The notes under the pieces were generated by a model that ran no database searches, had not been told where the DNA came from, and worked only from the letters and a program-made list of their open reading frames with translations. This document shows positions 30,701-37,241 of a DNA stretch of 64,000 bases, piece by piece. Source of the stretch: Candidatus Latescibacterota bacterium (GTDB lineage Bacteria > Latescibacterota > UBA2968); contig OZ242320.1 in the NCBI GenBank assembly GCA_965208125.1, forward strand, positions 4,672,001-4,736,000, read 5' to 3'. How positions within the stretch are numbered: the stretch's first letter is position 1; the number at the start of each line of letters is the position of its first letter. The translations under genes were made by a program, and so were the position numbers.

Positions 30701-31495
30701 GATCTGGACAAAGATTTTCACAATGAGGTGCTTTTTAATTTTGATGGTGCAGTGCATATCGTTGAACGCGATGAACCGCCGACCGCAGTGGGATCACCAC
30801 AGATTATACGCGCGCGGCCTCTGGGACCAACCCGCGTTGAAATCGACTGGATGCAAGTGCCCGATGCGTCTTCTTACCAGATTTATCGCGCTGTCGGCGA
30901 TAGCGCGCTCGATTATTTTGATGAGATTAGCAACCGCACGGTGTATATTGATTCCTTGCTGACCGAAGGACAGACCTATCGCTATCAGATTATCGCTGTG
31001 GCTGATCAGGACCTTCGCTCGGGTATTGTATCTCTCACGCCGAATCGTGCGCCAGAAGTCGTGCGTGTTGAAACTCTCTCAGATAACCAGATTCAAATTT
31101 TCTTTTCGGAAGAGATGGGCTCAGATGCGGCCCTGCCGTCGAGTTATCTGCTCGGCGGTGTTGGACAACCCACATCTGTGATTCTCGATCGGCAAAATAC
31201 TCGAGCTGTTCTGTCCTTTGCCGTGCCGTTTCCGGCCCGCTATACATTGACTGTTATCAATGTTTCCGATGCGAGCGGTACACCACTTGGGCTGATAACT
31301 ATTTCAGATACTATTGATCCAGACCTTCTCGCTCGAGCCGATGCCGATGGCAGTGGTGTTATTGATTTTGCGGATTTCCTATCTTTTGTCCACGCATTTC
31401 AAACTTCTGATTCTACATTTGATTTTGATGGCGACGGTATCGTCAATTTCTCCGATTTTCTCATCTTTGTCAATCTCTTTGGTCGAGTAGTGTGA
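27794..31495 (+). CDS. Secreted S8 subtilisin-like protease with FG-GAP-like repeats, FN3/Ig-like and C-terminal dockerin/EF-hand-like domains
   Basis: Catalytic triad IIDSG / HGTRVAG / SGTSFSAP; repeated DxDGDG motifs; C-terminal DADGSGVIDFADFL..DFDGDGIVNFSDFL. Confidence 0.9.
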   Translation: MAHTKTQSHKEGWGLRWCYALAVVISGFFFQMAHAQPAYSPGQILVKFRNAKPALAQFRDLSERHGVTAIEPLFTPRSAKAVYPHPLTRVYRVRLSSDPVAAAADYALRPDVVYAQPNYLFTHQQVSNDPRYSDQRSLQTLGWELLQQNLGPIREQIVVAIIDSGVDYNHEDLRDNIWHNAAEVNGEAGVDDDGNGYIDDIRGWDFTHAPDLPGIGDYLNRDNDPQDESAHGTRVAGIVAATVNNNRGIAGIAPNAQLMALRAGLRRLGGIGFLEEDDIAAAILYAVENGAHVINMSLGGPERTFILGDVIQYAHAQGVVLVASAGNSGDELGYPAGNHYTIAVGAVNHSDRLASFSSTGASLDLVAPGVSILSTYLNNRYASGSGTSFSAPHISGLVALILSRRPDLSPHSVRNLLIASAIDLGPPGHDNDYGAGRVSGAQLADRLNTFDPLTVAIQSPANDEGEDTAFDIRASVSGAQVTDYRLSYGLGRNPQTWTLLAEGLPSRDIHHTWDVSGFANSDAVLRLEADLSDGVVVEDRVRIAIEKTAPTITALACGDVLEDDRRVFECRWRTDQRAHGGIAYLYGADFDTLYTGLVQNKHRVVLPHTLPAGVVTFHVLADGENNIRAVHPAQKIDYVPFRVPRNGFVERGTLPDGFLPDRASDFDRDGRLEIALMPYVTGDSYGPVHIYERQTDGTFINEFQSDERFLPWAIGDITNDGIDDLLGVTYERLVLFTDSFSNPYPAQVEFEHLGTWGGDFADVDGDSIPDIIARAGDQRGIRVIRNLGSVIREEIFLADPSQGTGDLGPRFVVADFDRDEQQEILAADADGDLWMYEYRAGRYVQTWYLPGDGDARWIGGGMDLDGDGVVEFAVARAYTDAYEASNGFWELEIYSMRAPDTYAREWATRIHGVATTGNGISAGDVDGDGLADLIVCLRPDLYAFRAEKPDYYRPIWHTSVGLMRRALIADLDKDFHNEVLFNFDGAVHIVERDEPPTAVGSPQIIRARPLGPTRVEIDWMQVPDASSYQIYRAVGDSALDYFDEISNRTVYIDSLLTEGQTYRYQIIAVADQDLRSGIVSLTPNRAPEVVRVETLSDNQIQIFFSEEMGSDAALPSSYLLGGVGQPTSVILDRQNTRAVLSFAVPFPARYTLTVINVSDASGTPLGLITISDTIDPDLLARADADGSGVIDFADFLSFVHAFQTSDSTFDFDGDGIVNFSDFLIFVNLFGRVV

Positions 31496-31515
31496 GAGTT
31501 GGAGACTGATAGGGT

Positions 31516-32166
31516 GTGATCGTGAATATTGGTATTCCCAAACGCGCGTTTTTTCAGGTGGCTTTTCCCTGTGTGTTTCGCGCAGATGCCCCGGTGATTG
31601 ATGGCGTCCTCAATGACTGGAAGGCGACTCATCTGGTGCCTGATTTGACCGGGATTGAAGGGAAAAATCCCTTTGCCGATGTGTATATGGCCTGGCACGA
31701 TACCGGGTTGTTTTTTGCCGTTGATGTGAAAGGTAGCGGCGGACGTGCGCCAGATGTTCGCAGTCCATTGCGCGGTGACGGCTTTCAGGTGTGGATTGAT
31801 ACGCGCGATGTGCGTAATGCACCTCGGGGAAGCCGCTATTGTCACCATTTTTGTTTTTGGCCGGGCAAGGGAAAGGCGCGAGCCGGGGGAAGACAGTTCC
31901 GTCTGCGACGGGCGAGAGCGCATCCCAGGTTGTGCGATCCCGAGCGTCTAAAGGTGGCTTCAAAGGAGCACAAAACGGGATATCACCTGGAAGCCCATAT
32001 TCCCGCTGCTGCAATGACCGGGTTTGATCCCGATGAGAATAATCGGATCGGTTTTACTTATTTGTTGCGCGATAAGAATTTAGGGCGACAAGTTTGGACA
32101 GCAGAGGAGATTTTGCCCGTGTCTTATGATCCGAGTTTGTGGGGTACAGCAGAATTGGTGAGGTAA
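31516..32166 (+). CDS. CBM9/DOMON-like domain protein without a signal peptide
   Basis: PVIDGVLNDW, GD.FQVWIDT, YHLEAHIP, DPSLWG. Confidence 0.6.
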   Translation: MIVNIGIPKRAFFQVAFPCVFRADAPVIDGVLNDWKATHLVPDLTGIEGKNPFADVYMAWHDTGLFFAVDVKGSGGRAPDVRSPLRGDGFQVWIDTRDVRNAPRGSRYCHHFCFWPGKGKARAGGRQFRLRRARAHPRLCDPERLKVASKEHKTGYHLEAHIPAAAMTGFDPDENNRIGFTYLLRDKNLGRQVWTAEEILPVSYDPSLWGTAELVR

Positions 32167-32263
32167 GTGTTAAAAGGCGAGAAGCGGGTTTGTATTTCGT
32201 CAAATAGTTTTGTATATTGGAAACATTGAATAGGACAATGGATTTGTATTCGAGGTTGGTAGC

Positions 32264-33271
32264 ATGACACAAGATAGCGAACTTTCCCAAGACCTCACCG
32301 CTCGCGTGGAGCGTTTGGAGTCGCTGTTGGCAATTAGTCGATTGATGAATGCGACGTCAAACCAGGGGCGGTTGATCAGTGGTATTGCGCATGAAATATC
32401 CACGTATTTGGAGGCGGAACAGTGTTCGATTTTTTTTCACAACCGCCTGACAGATGAGCTTTATACGCACGTTGGGGCAGGGGGCGAAAAAGACACGCAG
32501 GTGCGAATCCCGAGCAATAGGGGTATCGCGGGGCATGTGTTTAATAGCGGCGATGTGAGAAATGTTTTGGATACCTCCAAAGACCCTTTATTTTCCAATG
32601 AGCTTGGGTATGAAACGCATACTATGCTGGCTTTTCCGCTGCACAACAGACGCGGAGAGGTGATAGGCGTGCTGGAACTCCTGAACAAGAAAGACGATCC
32701 GGGCTATTTTACAAAAGATGATGAGGGTTTTCTGCACGAGGTGGCCGCGCAAATCGGTGGGTTAGTCGATATGATGCTGAGGCGAGAAGAGATGGCCCAC
32801 CGCAATGAGTTGCTCGAAGCGCAGATGGAGCGTTTGTCGGGATTTGAGCACCTGGTGGAGGACCGCACGGTTATCAATACTGTGTTTAAGTACAATCGCA
32901 AGATACACTATTGGGCTGGGTTGGTCGGCATGATTTTGTTGGCAGTGATGTCTATTACCTCTCTGGTGATGGTGCGATCTGCTGATTTCCGGAAAATCAT
33001 GCTGGAGTTGCATTCGGGGGTTATTTTTGCGGGTGCTAGCAACGCGTATATTTATACCGATATCGTTGCCTATATTACGTTGACGATTTGTCTTTCTGGT
33101 TTTCTGATGTATGCCTATCCACCGTTGAATCGCTGGATGAGGGCTAAAAAGGATCGGCTTTCGCGGTTTATGATTCAGGCGGGGGTGCGTCAGCACAATC
33201 AAAATCGGCGGGTTCAAGAGGGATTGCGAAAAGTGTTGGGGGGCGGAGATAAACCCTCTGGAAAAACTTGA
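32264..33271 (+). CDS. GAF domain protein with C-terminal PepSY-TM-like membrane helices
   Basis: GIAGHV, DP.F, GEVIGVLELLNK...F...DE (GAF); RKIHYWAGL, LELHSG and CLSGFLMY (PepSY-associated TM-like). Confidence 0.75.
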   Translation: MTQDSELSQDLTARVERLESLLAISRLMNATSNQGRLISGIAHEISTYLEAEQCSIFFHNRLTDELYTHVGAGGEKDTQVRIPSNRGIAGHVFNSGDVRNVLDTSKDPLFSNELGYETHTMLAFPLHNRRGEVIGVLELLNKKDDPGYFTKDDEGFLHEVAAQIGGLVDMMLRREEMAHRNELLEAQMERLSGFEHLVEDRTVINTVFKYNRKIHYWAGLVGMILLAVMSITSLVMVRSADFRKIMLELHSGVIFAGASNAYIYTDIVAYITLTICLSGFLMYAYPPLNRWMRAKKDRLSRFMIQAGVRQHNQNRRVQEGLRKVLGGGDKPSGKT

Positions 33272-33339
33272 TTTTGTGTTCGGAAAAGTTTATTATCATG
33301 GCTCGCAATGTAAAACGAGAAAGGAAATAGGAGGAATCA

Positions 33340-33792
33340 ATGCGCTATTTGAGGTTTATGGCTTTGGGTTCGGTAATTCTGGGCGTTGTGATGGCAGGTA
33401 TCGCTGGCTGTGGTGGGGGACAAGAACAGGCGGATAATAAGCTGCCTGTGAGACGTGCGAAAATGCGCGAGATTAAATTGAGCACAGACCGGATTATGGT
33501 CGCGCTGAAAAACGAGACGGTTGAGGGGGTTGCCGATGATGCCGAGAAAATTCAGGATGCGTTGAAAGCGGTGATCGATCTCTATCCGACAGAACACGAA
33601 GAGAGATACACGACTTACAACCAGGCATCTCAAACACTGGCTTTGGGGATTGCGTCGGCCGCCAAGGCGGGAAATGTCAAAGAGGCGAATAAGAAGTTCC
33701 GCGCCATGGTACCTTATTGCGGTAAATGTCACGAAGATTGTGCCTTTATGCTGGCTCCTGCATTTCCCGAGTATGAAGACGTAAGCGAATAA
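33340..33792 (+). CDS. Lipoprotein class II (four-helix) cytochrome c
   Basis: Lipobox IAGC; predicted helical body; single CGKCH heme motif near the C-terminus. Confidence 0.75.
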   Translation: MRYLRFMALGSVILGVVMAGIAGCGGGQEQADNKLPVRRAKMREIKLSTDRIMVALKNETVEGVADDAEKIQDALKAVIDLYPTEHEERYTTYNQASQTLALGIASAAKAGNVKEANKKFRAMVPYCGKCHEDCAFMLAPAFPEYEDVSE

Positions 33793-33804
33793 AAATTAAG
33801 AATG

Positions 33805-33843
33805 AAAAAAAGCGTCAGCTCAAGTAGCTGACGCTTTTTTTTT
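33805..33843. terminator. Bidirectional Rho-independent terminator
   Basis: A7-GCGTCAGCT-caagt-AGCTGACGC-T9 between convergent genes. Confidence 0.9.
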
Positions 33844-33854
33844 GGATTTTGTGA

Positions 33855-34613
33855 TTAGAACCGCCAGATTTTCAGAGCGGTTTTTCCGAATATCCATTCT
33901 CTGTCTTCTTCACTGAGGGTAGATAGATAATCCATCGGGACTTTGAGGCTGTTGTCATAGCCTTCGCGTCGGCTCACAGGGGGATAATCGCTTCCCCACA
34001 TGACCCTTTGGGGACCGAAGGCTTCGATGGCCATGTCGGCGAGTGGAGGAATGGGATCAAAAGGCAAGGGAACGGGACAGATTTCGCCGAATCCGGGAAG
34101 TTTGATAGACAGATTGGAGTGTTCGGCGAGTTCGAGGATTTTTTTAAAGGTATCATAAGGGGGCTGTTGGCCCTCGCCGATGCCCGCGAGGTGTTCGATC
34201 ACAATGGACAGATTTGGAAATTCTCTGATTACTTCTGCAAATTCATCGCTCAGAAGGCTCTGGGGATTGCTCGGCGCACTGACGACGAGGTCGAGTTCGG
34301 CTGCTGTACGCCACTGCGCGAGGGGATCGGCGCAATCGGCGCGGCTATTTGCAGGGAGGCGGATGCCCACAATGCCCTGTTCTGCCCATTGTCGCATGGC
34401 TGTGCCATCGTCTGTTGGTTCAACGATCATGGCCGCTTGAAATTTTCCCGGATGTGCCGCCATGCTGTCGAGCATATACTGGTTGTTCGAGTTTCCCGCG
34501 TACTGGATGAAGACGGCGTGATTGACACCGGATGTGTTCATGTGGTAGAGCAGGGATTCTACTGGTTCGTATTTGTGAAGTCCAATATGGCAGTGCGTAT
34601 CGACAATGATCAT
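33855..34613 (-). CDS. Amidohydrolase_2 family protein
   Basis: DTHCH, IEHLA, AFGPQRVMWGSDYP, FGKTA. Confidence 0.9.
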   Translation of the reverse strand: MIIVDTHCHIGLHKYEPVESLLYHMNTSGVNHAVFIQYAGNSNNQYMLDSMAAHPGKFQAAMIVEPTDDGTAMRQWAEQGIVGIRLPANSRADCADPLAQWRTAAELDLVVSAPSNPQSLLSDEFAEVIREFPNLSIVIEHLAGIGEGQQPPYDTFKKILELAEHSNLSIKLPGFGEICPVPLPFDPIPPLADMAIEAFGPQRVMWGSDYPPVSRREGYDNSLKVPMDYLSTLSEEDREWIFGKTALKIWRF

Positions 34614-34640
34614 TGTGTTTTTGCTCCAGAAGGGATGGGG

Positions 34641-35330
34641 TCAAAACAATGCGCCCTGTTCGGGCGGTTGTGTGGGTTTCAGGCAGTCTGGCGTGTCATT
34701 TATCGGGTTATTGACAAGGGTAGAAACGGGGTGTGCGGTCATCTCCTGGGGGGAATAGGGGATGAGGAAGTCCTGGAGGTCTGTTCGCTCTGTTGGATCG
34801 AGCCAGTGGTCATATACATCAGCCGGTAGAATAACGGGCATGCGATTGTGAATCGGTGCCATCAGGGCGTTGGGTTCGGTTGTGATAATGGTGCAGGATT
34901 GGATGTGTTGTCCTTCGGGTGAATGCCAGGATTCCCAAAGGCCAGCAAAAGCAAAGGGAGCACCGGATTTGAGCGCAATGTGCATAGGGGTTTTGGTTCT
35001 GCCGTCGGGATTGCGTTGCCATTCGTAAAATCCCGTTGAGGGGATCAGACATCTCCGTCTTTTGAAGGCCGCGCGAAATGAGGGTTTTTCCGCAAGGGTT
35101 TCTTTCCGTGCATTGATGAGTCGGTTGCCAATTTTGTGATCTTTTGCCCACGATGGAATAAGTCCCCACTTAAAGGTGTCTGCCCGCGGCTCAGCAGTGT
35201 TGGCAATCGCCGTGATATTCTGGCCCGGCGCGATATTGTATTGCAATGGCATCTCGTTGGGAAAAACAACCTGTGGAAATGCGAGTTGGTTTTCATCGGG
35301 TTGGGCAGCATAAACAAATCGACCGCACAT
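34641..35330 (-). CDS. SRAP/HMCES abasic-site processing protein (YedK-like)
   Basis: MCGRF N-terminus, YNIAP, WGLIPSW, INARKET, GFYEW, IHNRMPVIL. Confidence 0.95.
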   Translation of the reverse strand: MCGRFVYAAQPDENQLAFPQVVFPNEMPLQYNIAPGQNITAIANTAEPRADTFKWGLIPSWAKDHKIGNRLINARKETLAEKPSFRAAFKRRRCLIPSTGFYEWQRNPDGRTKTPMHIALKSGAPFAFAGLWESWHSPEGQHIQSCTIITTEPNALMAPIHNRMPVILPADVYDHWLDPTERTDLQDFLIPYSPQEMTAHPVSTLVNNPINDTPDCLKPTQPPEQGALF

Positions 35331-35506
35331 GGTGTGATTCCTCGTTCATAGTTCGTAGATTATCTCTTTAAATATGTATAGTCTCTTATCGTCAAATGTC
35401 AAGGTCTTTCCCTATCATAATTTTTGCTTGCTCGCGGGCGAGTGTCTCATTACATTGAGCCGCGTTTTGATAGATTGATATTTATATTTCCGATTGGAGG
35501 GATGTT

Positions 35507-36565
35507 ATGGCAGCAGAGCTGGGTTTTGGCGTTGTTGGACTGGGTATGGGCAAGAACCACTGCCGGTCTGTCACACGGGCCAATGGCGCGAAGTTGGTGG
35601 CCGTGTGCGATGTGGATGAGGAGCGTTTGGGACCAACTGCTGAGGAATACGGGTGCAAAGCTTATACGAGTTATGAAGAGATGCTTCAGGACGATGAGGT
35701 CCAGGTCGTCAATATTTGTGTTGAATCTGGAAAGCACGCCGAACTGGGTATTCAGGCCGCAGATGCGGGCAAGCACATGATCGTTGAGAAGCCTGCGGAT
35801 ATTACGCCTGAGCGCGTTGATCAATTAATTGGTGCAGTGAAAGATGCCGGCGTAAAGGTAGGATGTATTTTTCAAGCGCGCTTGGAACCTCTAAACAGGC
35901 GGATCAAAGAAGCGGTTGATAGTGGTAAGCTGGGCAAGTTGATCGGTGTTCACGGCCATTTGCCCTGGTATCGCGCGGATAGCTATTATCAGGGCGCACA
36001 TGGATCCTGGAAGGGGACGTGGGATCTCGATGGGGGAGGCTCGCTGATGAATCAGGGCGTGCATACTGTCGATTTGATTCAGTGGCTTGCAGGCGGCGTC
36101 GAATCTGTGATGGGCATGTTCGGCGTTTTTGGACACGATATCGAAGCAGAAGATCAGACTGTGGCGTTGTTCAAATTTAAGAATGGTGCGATTGGCACGG
36201 TTTATACGACGACTTGCTGCTATCCCGGACTTCCGCAACTGGTGACTATTTACGGCGAAAATGGATCGATTATGAAAGATGCCTCAAAATTGATTTCCTG
36301 GAAAATTCAGGGCGAGAACGAGGCATCGGAAGAAGCAGAGATGCTGGGTTTTTACGGCGACCAGGAAGACAAACAGAAGAATATTTCAGCAGATCCCCTG
36401 GCCGTCAGTTCTGATGGGCACACGTTGATTATTGAAGACCTCGTCGGGGCGATCAATGAAGACCGCGAGCCTATGATTGGTCTCGAAAGCGCGCGCCATG
36501 CCGTGGAAATTATTACTGCGGTGTTTGAATCCGGACGCACGGGGCGGGAAGTTAAGGTGGGGTAG
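35507..36565 (+). CDS. Gfo/Idh/MocA family oxidoreductase
   Basis: GVVGLG, AGKHMIVEKP, DGGGSLMNQGVHTVD. Confidence 0.93.
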   Translation: MAAELGFGVVGLGMGKNHCRSVTRANGAKLVAVCDVDEERLGPTAEEYGCKAYTSYEEMLQDDEVQVVNICVESGKHAELGIQAADAGKHMIVEKPADITPERVDQLIGAVKDAGVKVGCIFQARLEPLNRRIKEAVDSGKLGKLIGVHGHLPWYRADSYYQGAHGSWKGTWDLDGGGSLMNQGVHTVDLIQWLAGGVESVMGMFGVFGHDIEAEDQTVALFKFKNGAIGTVYTTTCCYPGLPQLVTIYGENGSIMKDASKLISWKIQGENEASEEAEMLGFYGDQEDKQKNISADPLAVSSDGHTLIIEDLVGAINEDREPMIGLESARHAVEIITAVFESGRTGREVKVG

Positions 36566-36587
36566 GGGAAGTGTGAAGTGGAAAGTG

Positions 36588-36619
36588 AAAAAAGCCAGAT
36601 ATCTTGTCTGGCTTTTTTT
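36588..36619. terminator. Bidirectional Rho-independent terminator
   Basis: A6-GCCAGAT..GTCTGGC-T7 between convergent genes. Confidence 0.85.
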
Positions 36620-36625
36620 GTTTAA

Positions 36626-36985
36626 TTACAGATTGTAGCCGGGGAATGTCTCTGCCATCGCCTCTTTGTCCGTGCCTATGAATAGCCGATCATCGGTGTG
36701 TATTAGTGGACGACGTATCAGCCGGGGCTGTTCAGCCATGAGGCGAATTAGTTCATCTGGTGACACAACCTCTCGGTCGAGTTTTAGTGTTCGTGCCGAA
36801 GGACTCCGCCACGAAAATATATCGGCTGGAGAGGTGTCGCCGAGCAATTCCCAGAGTTCTTCCTCAGTGAACTCATCTTTGAAGAAATCCCTCTCCTCCA
36901 CATTGATGCCTTCTCGTGAAAGCCACGCTTTCACCTTGCGGCAGGAACTTCATCTGTTCCAGGTGTAAAAGTTGATTTTAGACAT
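36626..36985 (-). CDS. ArsC/Spx-family protein, predicted selenoprotein (UxxC; UGA at 36952-36950)
   Basis: ATG 36985 reads MSKINFYTWNR-UGA-SSCRKVKAWL; the UGA aligns with the first Cys of the family CxxC; C-terminal PRLIRRP; SECIS-like hairpin downstream. Confidence 0.85.
36907..36943 (-). promoter_or_regulatory. Putative bacterial SECIS element
   Basis: mRNA UGCC-GCAAG-GUGAAAGC-GUG-GCUUUCAC-GAGAA-GGCA; the perfect 8-bp upper stem begins after 15 nt 3' of the UGA and its loop begins with GU. Confidence 0.7.
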
Positions 36986-36996
36986 GGATACCTTTT

Positions 36997-37227
36997 TTAA
37001 GCGAACTCAAAAATCTTCAAAGGAATAGACTTTTTCGGTTTTGCCTGCCCGTGGACCATCAGACGAATCTTTTCCGCGGTTTCGCGGCTGAATGTCTCTT
37101 CGCCACAGCGGTTACATACCGTAGCCGGAATGCGGTCTATCAGGACGTATTTTCCATCGATTTGGAATATCTCTTCTACCAACTCTTCACGGCTTTCTTC
37201 AGCACCACAAATCGAACATGTAAACAT
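36997..37227 (-). CDS. YgiT-type zinc finger protein
   Basis: CSIC...IPATVCNRCGEETFS; AAGGAGG RBS. Confidence 0.85.
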   Translation of the reverse strand: MFTCSICGAEESREELVEEIFQIDGKYVLIDRIPATVCNRCGEETFSRETAEKIRLMVHGQAKPKKSIPLKIFEFA

Positions 37228-37241
37228 GCTCACCTCCTTAT

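Noticed and set aside
35331-35420. LexA/SOS box upstream of the SRAP gene
   Set aside because: GTTC repeats are present but with spacing matching no LexA motif I know; no convincing palindrome
36626-36934. ArsC-like gene as a 102-aa GTG-start protein or a pseudogene
   Set aside because: This reading would lack the catalytic motif; the upstream ATG, Cys-aligned UGA and SECIS-like hairpin favour Sec readthrough
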